From: Azolla caroliniana
Lineage: Eukaryota; Plantae; Polypodiophyta
DNA: 64,000 nt
Direction of reading: 5' to 3'
Assembly: GCA_043228905.1 (NCBI GenBank)
Contig: JBHGNT010000013.1
Location: 14,694,001-14,758,000 of the forward strand
Position 1 is the first letter of the stretch. Each line of letters opens with the position of its first letter. The position numbers and the translations under genes were made by a program. Below, piece by piece: positions 12,235 to 25,400 of this stretch. The notes under the pieces are model-generated. The model did not search any database. It was not told the origin of the DNA and worked only from the letters and a program-made list of their open reading frames with translations.

Positions 12235-15059
12235 CCTTCCTCCATATCCCTTCTCTGAATTTCTCATGTTCATCTGTCAAGCTTCTACCACATCCTCTGC
12301 AGAAGTTCTGATGCATCGTCTCAACCCTAACTGAGCAATCCTCCCCTCCTGGTTCCGCAAGTCCTCTAATCTAAGCTTACACCCCGAATCCTCTCTCTGC
12401 ATCTCCCATGTTACTGTCTAAGATTCCCCACATCGTTTACATTGTCCCTCCCTCGAAGGCAGCTTCTCACTCCATGCCACATCTTCTCTCTGAGTGCTCG
12501 CACATCTTGTCTAGATTTAACCACATATTCTCTCTAGGTTTTGTCCATGGCTTCCCTCTTAAGTTGCAATAATGGCACATGGTTTTCTTCAAAGTTCCTC
12601 TTCCTGCCTTCTCCAGTCGCTCCTTTTTAAGTCCAACTCTATTTGTTCTCTCAATTTTGCTCACTTCACTTGAATGTGAGAGACAAGATGTGGCATTCAG
12701 AAAGATAGAGATGTAACTTAGAGACAAGATGTGGAATTTAGTAATAACTGGGAATCCTTTCACCAGATCTTGCCTCTCTTTCTTCTCCATTTGATCATTC
12801 CTGTGCATATAAGTTGATGAAATGATTGTGTACTGAGCTTTTGTTTGGGGGCATCTACATCTTCTCTCTAGATTTCACTCATCACCCTCCATTTTATCAT
12901 GTACCTCCATATGTTAATGAAAGCGTACAATGTTGATTCAGGATGAGACTGGGATCGGCAAGAACCTTCTGCAGGAAACTGCGCAGAGAGCTGGTCTCTC
13001 GCTTCCTGTATATACTACCATCAGAGCAGGGCCGGGGCATCTTCCTGTTTTCAAGTGTATAGTGAAGGTAGCTGAAAGGGTGTTTGCTGGAGAGCCTGCA
13101 AAAACAAAGAAGCAAGCAGAGAAGAATGCAGCTATGGTGGCCTTGTCTGCTATCAAGCAATGTAAGTGAATAATTCCCCTTCCCTTTTTCCTTACAGCTT
13201 GTTTTTCTGGGTGTATGTGGATTTATTTTGAACCTACACATATTTATGTACATATAATTTTTAGCTTTGCATTATAGTACTCGAGGAAACCTTACTGTGA
13301 TGTGCCGACCGACAAGGAAAATAAACTGTATGTTTAAATGAGATCATTAACAAAAAGAGAATGCATATGTATTTGCACATACTTGTGGGTATTCCATTAG
13401 TGCTTGTGCATTTGCATTGCATGGCTTACATGCATGCATAGATAGATACGGCAATGTAACAATGTGTGTATCTGTGTATATATATGCATATGTTATATTA
13501 TATTTTTTAGGAATTATATACATGCGTAAAAATGTACACATTTGTGTTTATAATATGTATGCGAGAATTATTAATGCATGCATAGGTGTATAAATATATG
13601 TACTTATGTTTGTGTGTTTAGACAACTTATTTGTGATGTCCATTTGTTTGTGCTCACAGTACTTGCAGGGACACAACCCCTTATGATTACAGATTCGAAG
13701 GCAGCCAGTGATGAGCGAGATCAGAGCCTTAATGGTCATTCCAATGCTCTCACATTGTATAGAGGAGGTGATAGATCAGCTCACAAGCCTTCATCACATG
13801 CTGCCTCAAGGAATCATGGGGGCCGGCCAAGGGTTAGAGTGGTGAATGTCAGAGAAAGGAATGCTTGTTATGAAACTGGTCGTGGGATTTCGCCTGGCCA
13901 ACCTAATGCTGAACATTTCAGATCTGAGATGATGCATCCGAGGAACCATTCTTCTTTGTTTGGCATGGATTCTAGAAGGGTGGGAACACATGAGCCCTTG
14001 GGAACTTCGATGAATCATCGAGCCTTGCCTCATCAACAAGAAGTACCAAGCCGATTGTCCCTTCAGTCGTGCAGTGATAGGTTGGAATTGAGGAGATCTC
14101 TTCTAGAGGAGATTCAATCATTCCAAATAGAAGGGGATGAAGAATGGCTCAGTGCAACTGACACCTTGCAACAACCACCCTCGTTATCGAGAATGAATAC
14201 CCGCTTAGACCATCGACGATCACTTTTCCAGTCTCAAAGCGAAAGGTTCGAGCTCAAACCGAGCTTACTTGATGAGCTTTACCATAGAGAGGAAGAGGAT
14301 TGGTGGCGGAGAGGAGAGGTGACAGCGCAACCAATGCCGATGTTTGAAAGAGCAAGCTCATCATCCATTCATCGAGATCGAGAAATGGGGTCTTACATGT
14401 ATTATGGTGGGAATAGGGGGTTGACTCATTCATCTGGTTATACCAATAACACTAACAATGACTGCATCGCTTATGGTAGTGGTGCCTACAAGGATGGAAA
14501 TGCTATTATTAATTATGCTAGTGGCGAAGAATTTGGCCAAAAGGGCTCGTACATTTCAGGTTCTCGTGAAGCACCGAACCTCCGTTCTCCAACATACTCA
14601 TCTTTGAATGTCACACCTGAACGAGGCTCTCACAGCAACAATAATGGGTATAACCCGGCTGGTTTTACGCTTGATGCTTCCCAGGGGGTTTTCTACCAGA
14701 ATGAGGATGGCAATTCTGCATTCAGAGGTTATCCAAATACTAATGACATCAATAATGTTGCGAGTAAGGATGAAGGCACTTTTGCGTGGACTCATTCTCC
14801 TCCGCAATCGATGATGTGTAGGCTGCCAGTGACCGCGCAACCATTTGGCATGCATTCAGCTTCCTCGTTGGCCCCACCTGTCAGGGTCCGCCATATGGTT
14901 GCTGTGTGTTCAGCTCCACCACGACGCACTGACATAATGACAACCTCTATAACCAACAGTGAAGGCAATGACCGAGTTTGCCATCAGAGTACTCCTGATA
15001 TGCTGCTAGAGACATCCTCATCATCTACGTCCCAATTGTTCAGTCAGCTGAGGCTGTGA
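11921..15059 (+). CDS. DRB2: Double-stranded RNA-binding protein, DRB2/3/5 clade (about 621 aa); exons 11921-12166, 12942-13161, 13660-15059
   Basis: Two dsRBMs: MYKNQLQELAQRSCFSLPAYTCIREGPDHAPRFKATV... and DETGIGKNLLQETAQRAGLSLPVY...AKTKKQAEKNAA. The GT-AG introns have compatible phases (0, 1). The C-terminus has the clade motif SLAPPVRVRHMVAVCSAPP and ends FSQLRL. An alternative in-phase acceptor lies at 13668. Confidence 0.93.
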
Positions 15060-18000
15060 ATTCAACGTGAAAATAATGTGTATGCAAATAAATATGTAGA
15101 GCGTTTACTACAGTACCATACAATACTATACCATACCATGCCCACACCATACATACTAAAAAAGTACATACCATACCATTATCCATATATCATGCCATGC
15201 CATATGATGCCATCCATCCATTAAGACTTCATGGGTCTTCATCCATAGCCTTATCGATATCCTTATGGGGAATGATGAATTGTTTGAGCTCTGATCTTGC
15301 AGTGCTCCCATGCACTTTCGTCCTTGGTTTTCTGCTCAAGATTTTCTTTTGCTCATGTATAATGTAGCCCGTTTGGTGTCTTAACCAGATTATTGCATTT
15401 CCTCACTTTGATTAATGGTGGATGCTATTGGTTGGCACGACGAAGGAAAATGTTAACACGGGTATTTAATCTAGATCATCGTTAACTGCCCCTATTCTCC
15501 ATCACAGGACAGCCCCCAAAATTTTGTAACCAAATTAACTGTCTTGTTTTCAGATGCTGCGAATGGGACACTACCTACCCAGTATCAAAATTAACTGGGC
15601 TTTTTGATTGATTCATCAATTTAATAGCTTAAGCTATATATCTATGGTATGATTATATGATGTGAGTTTGGATGAATGGATATTCATTTGGACTGATGGG
15701 GAGAGTAGTAACCCATGGTCCCATCTGGTAACATTTAGTATTGTAGTTCTGTTTTTCTAGGCTGTAAACGAATAGTTCATTTAAGTTTAAAAGATTGTAT
15801 GTCAGATTTAAGAAGCTGAGATTTAAGAAACTCGACCATGTCTTCTGGTATTTAACGTTGCTGGACAGTTTTCTTAAGATATGGTGCAATTGTTTGATAA
15901 AGTCTACCTGTTAAATATGATGTGGAAATTCATTCTGTATTTCATGTCACTTAAATCAAGATTTTCCATATCAAGGAGCTTCATCACCAAATGAAGAAAA
16001 GACGACATAAACTTGTGGAGCTTCTAAAAGAAATTTTGGAATGCTTGGTAGGTCTCTTTTTTGGTAGCTAGTTCTAAACGTATATATCTTTGTTCTTGAT
16101 TTGATTGCCACTTGGTTCCATACAAAAGATTGTATTACAAAATCTATATATAGATAGACCTTAATGCTTAATTGATAATTTCTGACCATCAGTGTTTGTT
16201 TCTTCCTTGAGATGAATAGCTAAAATCAATCATAAGAACCTCTAATGATTTTGGCCATATAACTCCTACAGAATGTGGTGATTTCAATTTGAACTTACAT
16301 GACTAAGGCTCCTTTTTTGAGAGATCGATGATTTCACATACATATTTGTCTGAATTTGTAGGTAATATTTTGTAAATTAGTGTTCCTTCAATACAAATTT
16401 TTCAATTGTGCAATTTATTTATTTGCATTGGAAATAGATTAAACGTGTATTTGTATTAGAGCAAGGGTTGGAACAAGCCAGCATAACTTGATGAAGAAGA
16501 CACACTCATCTCCAACTCTGAAAAACCACATAATATTTATTTTGGTTGTTATAGTTGCATAGGCAGCCTTCCAGTTCCATGAATGTACTGTGCAATACAA
16601 GTGCATTCACAATCATATATTTCATATGTCACTAGAGCACTATATCTTAAGAACAATGAAGCTAACATTATTCTAAAAATATGTTTTGCAACATGTCTCA
16701 ACATATCGCCTTACAACCAATTACAATCAAGGTTTCACCCGATCTTTGTTAAAACTACCAAAATAACCCTCAATTTTAATGGAACCACTGAAATATTCCA
16801 TATTTTAATTAATTCAACAAGTTAACACAATGGGCAATAATTAACCCATAACCCTACAAAGTCAAGCTTACCAAAACTCATAATATTTGCTCTCAAATCT
16901 TATGCATGGAAGTAGTTCTTCGAACCTAGGGTATCTTTCCCATATGGATTTCACACCTTATGAACAACATGAATATCTTTACATCCATATCGACACTTGT
17001 CAAAAGCAAGGTTGATGCAATTTCACTAGTGCATGAAGCAACATCAAGGTATGGGATCATTGGGAGAAAATTATTAAACATATTTGATGGATTCCTATAA
17101 GGTTGCAAAGATCTAGAATTCATCATCAGTGATGAACATTTACAAGCTCTCTAACTTATGATGAATAGGCTTAACACATGTTTTCCTTCTATTGGTAGCA
17201 TGATAGAGGAGACATATTCCACAAAACAAAAAGGCCAAGTTTGAAATCTACCAAATCTAAGAAAATGATTAATCTTAAGCGTGTAATGTAGATGAAGGAT
17301 GCAAAAGATTATGCTAATCATGAGCTATGAATCATGCTTTGATTTACTTTAGAATCAAGAAATCAATGAACACCTATTCCTCAAGCTAGAGGAAAAGCTT
17401 GCCACATAGTACCTATTATGTGAGCCTCTACTACAATAGGTGTATTTATGCTTTTATTTCCATAAACAAGGGAGCTAAGGGTTAGGATCAAGATAAGGTA
17501 GGCCCTTTTTCCATGTACATCCATAGAATTCTAGATACATAGAAAACCATCAAAGGCCTCACCATATAAAACATTTGCAAACTAACACACACTTAAACCC
17601 TATGCTTACATGAAAGTATACATACATATGTGTGACCAAGTTGACATTTCACGTACAACAACAATGGTCGCTGATACCATGGAATTGTAGCCCTAGAACA
17701 ATGACAATGATTCCACTTGACTTTTGAGGTCGCTTGATATTTTGTATACCTTTGTGTATGTAAAAGGTACACTAGACTCTAAGAGATAAGGTAAGCATAT
17801 TCAGAAAAAAAACTTTTATGCAATCAATGAGGGCTAGAGGGCCTATTGTTGATTCAAATCATAACATAGAAATAAAGTACTAAACAATTGACATGACACA
17901 TGCCAATGCTTCGTAGGAGAGCTTTTGTCTAATGTTTTATCTACCCTCAACCCCCTTGAACGAAAAACTTGTCACCTGATCTTTGTCATGTAGCTTTAGT

Positions 18001-18439
18001 GTAAGAGACAAATTGGATGATAATACTAAGCAAAAAACATTTCATGCCTCAACCTCAATTGTCAAAGACTTGTTAGCCCAAGATCTAGTTTAGATGTTGA
18101 GCTGGCAGAACAAGCCATGAAATGAGGGGCAATGGAAGCTTAAACAACATATATAATCACACAACAATAGACACATTCATCGTACACAACCTATCTTCCT
18201 CTATCTCAGAGGTTATCCCTCATTGTGGAACACATACTAAGGAAGCGTAACTATTCCTCAGGTAAATTGATCATTCTATTTTTTTTTCTCTAGGACAATT
18301 AAATTATCATGTTTAGTTGGTGTTGAAAATAACTCTAATTTTAATAGAAACTAATTAGTTAGGTAGCATTATCTAAAAATAGGAGTGACTGTTACAACTG
18401 CAACAATCACATTTTAGATGTATTTAAATCACAACAATA

Positions 18440-19067
18440 CCACTTATTTGAGTGTGAGTTCATCAAAGAATATATGTACAAATCTATATGTTTATTCCAG
18501 TATCTAGTTTGTAATCTCTTACCTTTTTTCATCTCTGTCCTTCGAAGTTATATTCCTTACATGGTATTAGAGCAGAGTTTTGATAAAAAACCTGGGTGTT
18601 ATCCTCTTGAGCCATATATCTCTAAACCACTAGTCATAATCCCTGCACACTCAAAGTTATCCACAATTAATATGGCTACATCAAGCAGGAAATACGTCTT
18701 AGATAAGCTACGGAGAAAAGCTTCAAAATTTGGAAGTCGAAGATAGAATTGGTACTAGATATTGAAGGGCTTCTTGAGGTTGTAGATGGCACTTGGGAAG
18801 AACAAATAGATAAAACATCAGAAGAATGGAAAACATGGAAGGCTCGAGATAAAATGGTAGGCTTGGAAATTCTACTACACATAGATGACAAGCAAGCAAG
18901 CATTATCCGAAGATGTTTCTACCTTCATAGCTACCTGGGAGGAAGCCACTTATTTGAGTGTGAGTTCATCAAAGAATATATGTACAAGTCTATATGTTAA
19001 TTCCAATATCTAGTTTGTAATCTCTTACCTTTTTCCATCTCTGTCCTTCGAAGTTATAATCCTTATA
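18440..19067 (+). mobile_element. Heavily deleted Ty1/copia remnant: LTR 3' part, PBS, gag N-terminus, LTR 3' part
   Basis: A 122-bp direct repeat lies at 18440-18561 and 18946-19067. The first copy ends ...TTACA and is followed by the tRNA-iMet PBS TGGTATTAGAGC (18562). A copia gag-like stretch follows: LVLDIEGLLEVVDGT...WKTWKARDKM..LEILLHIDD. The true 5' LTR start was not resolved. Confidence 0.7.
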
Positions 19068-19272
19068 ATAGGTCTTGGTTTCTCTCTCTCTCTATCTCTC
19101 TCTCTCTTTCTCGCTCGGTAAAAGCACACAATTATATTAATTGTATGTAAAATCCACTTAGTTACAACACTTCTTAGTCTCCTCTACCTATCATATGCCT
19201 ATGTAGGGAGAGGGATGTTTTGTAATGCTACTAAAAAACCTGAATATACATTTGAGGAAATGATCCCCACAT

Positions 19273-19326
<54 letters not shown>

Positions 19327-22300
19327 TGAAAACACACAATTATATTAATAAATGTGTGTAGAAAACACTACTTACAATGGGCGTGACAATAGAGTATGGT
19401 TACCCACTAACTACACTACATGGGTAGTGGAACATGTTGAAAGATGAACACTCCAATGAGGAAAGAATTTCCACTTGCCCCAATAAAGAAAATTGCCACA
19501 TTAGTGCTCCCTTTCCTTCAACTTTCGTAGAAATGCTTTCACTCCATGTCTACCATTGAATACAAAACTGTTGCGTATGTTCCAATTATGACGCGATCCC
19601 CAATATCTCAGAAATAAAAAAACGATCTCCATCTCTGATTTTCGGTCAACCTGTGTAAATTGTGCAAACACCCATTGTCTAGGTGTCAAATAACACTGTG
19701 ATAAAACTTGCCAAATTTGAGAAATGTAACTCCAAATCTGACAAGCAATCAGACATTGTATAAATCGATGAGTACTATCTTCCATTTGATTAGTGCAAAA
19801 AAAGCAATTACCCGTTGCTAGTCCACGACGCTTTAGAGCTAATTGTAAAGAATCGTGGTGATTTTGTGCAACATGATAGGTTAGAGATGTGTGTTATGTG
19901 TGTGTGTGAAAGAAGGAGAGAAAGGGAGAGAAAGACACAAGATAGATGAAAATCGAATACTCAAGAAGCTGTATATTATGAAGGAGATTTAACCGGCCAA
20001 TTACAAAGTAGGAGGAGGGTGCTTTATATAGTCACCCTCTCTCTTCATTAACTATCAAAGCTCATGGGTCATGGGGAATGTGGAAACTCATTAGTTATGT
20101 TTCATATAATATGATTCTATGACACATAATTAATGCGTAGAGAGTAATGGTGTGACTTTTGACCTTTGAGTGATCATAGATCTCAAAGGGTGTGCTCACA
20201 CACTGGACTAGGTTGAGCTTGATTCTCAACACGCCCCGTCAAGCTCAACTTAGATCTGCTCCTTTCGATTGATGTCTGCTTCGGCTGATATCCAGTTCAG
20301 ACAATGTCTGGTGTGTACTCCCCCTCAAGCTAGGCAAGTCAGGGATTGTTAGTCCAAGGTTTGACATGAATTGCCTAAGCTTGTCGGCTCCTAGGGCTTT
20401 GGTGAAGATGTCGGCCGTATGTAGATTCGTGTTGACGTCTTGAAGGTCGACATCTCCAGCCTGAACGCGCTCTCGAATGAAGTGATAGTGCACCTTGATA
20501 TGCTTCGTGCGCATTTGGAAAACTAGGTTCCAAGCCAGACAAATACTACTCATGTTGTCGAAGTAAAAGGGAGTCAATCCTTGATGGGGACACCTAGATC
20601 ATTCAAAATCCTCTTGAGCCATACAACTTCATATGCAGCCACAACCACACCCTTGTATTCGACCTCTCTTCTCGAAAGAGCGACGATTGGCTGCTTCTTG
20701 CTACTCTAGGAGATGGATCCACTTCCGAGGGAGAAGACAAATCCGAAGGTCGATCGTTAGTCGGCTCTATAGGCAACCCAGTTAGGATTTGTGTACCCTT
20801 TGAGTTGAATTGGCGTGGCCGATTTATAGAGAATGTCGTAGTCCATCATTCCACTCACGTATCGTATCACTCGCTTAGCACAATCCAAATGGATACCTCG
20901 TGGAGTTTGCATGAATTGGCTAAGGAGACCAACCGAATAGTTGAGGTCGGGTCGAGTGATCGTGAGGTAGATAAGACTACCAACCAGTTGTCGATAATGT
21001 GTTGGCTCACACTCTGTGGTGCTGGAGCCGGCATCCAATTTGAGGTTTCGATCGAGAGGGGTTGCCATAGATTTGCACTCAGTCATCTCGAACTTGTATA
21101 ATAAGTTGAGGATGTAGTGCCATCAGGAGATCATAAACCCGACTGGAGTCTGAATTACCTCGATGCCAAGGAAGTAATGGAGCTCCTTCATGTCCGTCAT
21201 CTTGAATTTGCCGGAGAGGAGGGACTTGACCTTGTTGATGTCGATTAGACTTTCACCTCCAATGACAAGATCATCCACATATAGGATGATGACAATCAAG
21301 CTTCTAGAATCACTTCTTATGTAGAGGGAGTTGTCAAAATTTGACATTCTAAAGCTGATTCGATGAAGATATTGTGTTATCTTCGAATGCCAAGCACGTG
21401 GTGCTTGTGTAAGGCCATAGAGTGGCTTCTTGAGTCTGCAAATTGCTTTCAAATGGTTGTACCATGTACAACTCCTCTTCTAATTCGCCTTGAAGAAAGG
21501 CCTTCATGACGTCCATTTGATGGAGTGCCACTCTTTCGCCGTTACAAGTGCAATCATGGTTCACATAGTCGTCATCTTTGCCACGGGGTCAAAGGTCTCT
21601 TCATAGTCGACATCGTGTGTTTGTGCATATCCTTTCGCTACGAGTCAGGCTTTGTAGCGATTGACAGAGCTGACGGCATTATACTTCACTTTGTATATCC
21701 ATTTGCAGCCGATTGCCTTCCTGTAACGTGAGTGAGGGATGAGATCTCATGCCTCGTTCTTGCTAAGAGCTTGCATCTACTCGTTCATCGCTTTGACCCA
21801 TCGCGGCTTAGGCAAAGCTCTCCGGTTCACGATCTGCTACCACCTTCATCATAAAGGTATAGTGGTATGCCATATAGTCGTAGTCGAATCGGCTAACCAG
21901 ATTCTTCTCTCTCGTGGAGCAATGGAGTTTCTCATTTGTTGTGGCAATGGCTTTCTTTACACCAGGCGTCCTCATGATGCGTACATCGAAGCCACCGAAC
22001 TCACCGTCGAGTGAGAGAGTCGATTCATTGCCATTGAATTGATCATCTTCATATTCCGGCATTTTGGCCTTGCCTTTGTCCATCTTCGGACTTGGTCGAG
22101 ATGTGTTCTTGTCGCCCGACGGTTCTTGTGGCCCACTGAGCCTAGTCGTGATCGGACTTTCTTCGAACATATGCCTCAATTGATCTTTGTCTTCTATCTC
22201 TTGGTTGGCCAAGTTCGGGTTGATTGGGGTTGGAGTCGGAGTCATCTCTAGTTTGTACCAGGATGTTGACTCACCGAAAACGACGTCCCGAACTCACTCA

Positions 22301-22499
22301 AACTTTTTAGGTAGATGGATTATAACACTTGTACCCCTTTTTCTCTAGCGAGTACCCCACGAGCATGCACTTCTCCAATTTTGGGTCAAGCTTCTATCAT
22401 TTCTCATCGGGAATGTGCACGTGTGCAATTGAACCGAATATCCTTACATGGAATAGATCTGGTTTCCTTCCATGGTACTTCTCGTGTGGGGTTACCTCG

Positions 22500-25400
22500 T
22501 GTTGGGAGACAGGTCCCTCCGGATAGGAAGTGAGAAGAACAGTGCTGATGAGCAAACTCGGCCGAGGCCGAAACCGGATGAAGAGTACCTGGAAACGGAA
22601 GACCCAGTGAGAACCGGATGACGAGTGCCTGGCAAGCGCCGGATGATGCAGGCCCGGTGAGGAGTGCTCACCGGATGAAGGGACATATTAGTAAATATGT
22701 TTCTGAGAGTCCATCGGGACTATATTTGTAAATAGCCGAAAAGTCATTTTAGTATAAATATGACTTAGGGCAAACTTAGTGTACGATGTTGTGAGTCATT
22801 CTTGTTAGTGCAAGATTAGAGAACGCAACTGTGTACAGAGAGAGTGAGAGAGAGGAAGAGGTCGTTGCCTCTGTTGTAACTGCCGCCTGTGGCGAAGAAA
22901 GCAAGCTCGAGGTTGTTGCCTCGATGCTTTACTACTGTACATTGTGATATAGTGATAGTTTGCAGTTTGTGGGTTGCTATGGTTTTTTCCCTAGTTTGGG
23001 TTTTTCCACGTTAACATCCCGTGTACTCTTCTCTTTACTGTGTTGTGCGTCCATTACCCGTTTTCTGTGTTTGATTCTAGCCTCGGTTGTGGCCGAGCGT
23101 TGTTCATCGGGAACGTGTGTTCTTGTCAAAGTGGTATCAGAGCGAGACGACACAGACAATGGACGATTCGTTGGGCGGCATGTTCAAGCTCACCGACTCC
23201 AACTATTCAGTATGGAAGTCGAAGATGAGGGACATGCTCGTGGTCAAAGATCTTTGGTTGCCGGTTCAGTTCGGGGACAAGAGACTGGACAAAATCGATG
23301 CCACGATATGGGAGGTCATGCACATGAAGACAACGACGTACATACGGTGCTTCATCGACATGAGCCTATACAACAACTTCAATGAAGAGACCAAGGCTCA
23401 TGAGCTTTGGGAGAAGATCAACATTATGTTTCAGAACAAAAATGTTGTTAACCAGGTTTCGGTATTCCGGAAGCTAGTAAGACTCCGGTACCAAGATGGC
23501 TCCAGCATGGTGGAGCACATGAATGCCTTCCAGGGGCTGATTCACCAGGCAACATCATTGGAAGTACCTCTCGTCGATGAGGTACTAGCGCTACTCCTGC
23601 TCGGTTCCCTCCCGGATAGCTGGGAGACGTTGGTTGTCACTTTGGGCAACGCCAGGCCAGAAGGGAAACGGTTATCCCTAGCAAGAGTGAAGTCGAGCTT
23701 GCTAGATGAGGAGGCGCGTCGGAAAGATAAGGATACAAGCTCCGACTCCAAAGCACTCCTTACCGAATCGGAACGTAGAAGACAAAGGAACCGTAGCCCC
23801 CAGAACCGGGAAAAGTCGGGGACATGGTCAAAGTCAAGGGGGAGGCCTACTTGCTTCTATTGCGGCAAGCCGAGACACTTCCAGAAGAAGTGTCGGCATT
23901 TCCGAAAAGAGAAGGAAACCGACGGTACCGATTTGAAGCGGACACCGGACCGGAACGGTAAAGACCGGAGGGTGCCGAACCGGAAGGGAACGACGGCAAT
24001 TGCGGCAAGTGAAGAAGAGTTGATGCTCATCACCGAGGAGAGTGAGCTAAACCTTGCCGGCAACGAGATGACCTGGGTGGTCGACTCTGGAGCGTCGTTC
24101 CACCTTACCCTGGACTTCGGAATGATGTTATGAAGTTAAGCAAAGGGAGCCTGATTGTGGCTCAGGCCCGGAAGGTCAACACGATGTACCTAATGAATGC
24201 CCCATTATGCCCAGAAGAAGTGAACATGGCATTCGACATTGCCAGTGAGCTGTGGCACAAGAGGTTGTGTCACATGAGCGAGAAGGGGATGAAGAGGCTT
24301 GCAGACGACAACCTCATTCCAGTGAAGAACGTGCACTTGGAGAAGTGCATTGATTGTCTAGCTGGTAAGCAAAACCAGACCTCCTTCCGACCAAGGCCAC
24401 TGATGAGACGTAATGCACCACTGGAGTTGGTGCATATTGATGTGTGTCAAGTGGACACGAAGTCACATGCAGGATCGCAGTACTTCGTGACATTCATAGA
24501 TGACCACAGTCGGAAGCTGTGGGCCACACCGTTGAAGACGAAGGGTGAGGTGCTATCCGTCTTCAAAGAGCTCCACGTGAGAGTGGAAAGAGAAACCGGC
24601 CGGAAGCTGAAGGCGGTTCGAGCAGATAACGGAGGAGAATACCGGGGGCAGTTCGAGGAGTACTGCCGCTTGAAGGGAATCCGGCTCGAATTTACCGTGC
24701 CGAAGATGCCGGAACTAAACGGGCTGGCCGAGAGGATGAACCGGACCATAATGGAGAGGGTCCGGAGTATGTTGGCACATGCAAAATTACCCAAGACGTT
24801 TTGGGCTGAGGCGCTGTCGACAACGACATATGTGATAAACAAATCACCCTCAGTGCCCTTGGATGGAGACACGCCGCAGAAGGTGTGGACCGATAAGGAA
24901 GTGTCCTACCAACATCTGAAGGTGTTCGGGTGTCTCGTGTACGTGCATGTTGCTAAGGACCGGAGAGGAAAGTTAGATCCTAAGACCCGGCCATGCATAT
25001 TGCTCGGTTACGGAGACAATGAGTTCGGCTACTGAGTGTGGGACCCGATCGACAAGAAGGTATTCCGAAGTCGAGATATTATCTTCATGGAGGACAAGAC
25101 GCTCGCCGACTGGGAGTCGGAGAAGAAGATAATGAACTCCGAGTTGACCGGTAATGATCAATTCTACGATGAGCAGACCCAACCGGCAAGAGACCGGTTA
25201 GCACTCGAGGAACCAGCCGGTTGTGGTGAGGATACCGAACCGACAGAAGAAGAAGTAGATGAAGCTGAAATCGGAACCGGCCAAGACCCCGAATCGGATT
25301 CGGATGAAGAGCAAATGGAGGAGCCAGTTACCAAAGCCCAAAGACGGAGATATTCTCTCAGAGAGAGAAGGGCCTCCCGGAGATTTCCGGATGTAGAGCA

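Noticed and set aside
17441-18440. Possible 5' start of the copia remnant LTR (ATAGG|TGTA matching ATAGG after 19067)
   Set aside because: The 5-bp match could be chance, and no second LTR copy covers this part to confirm it.
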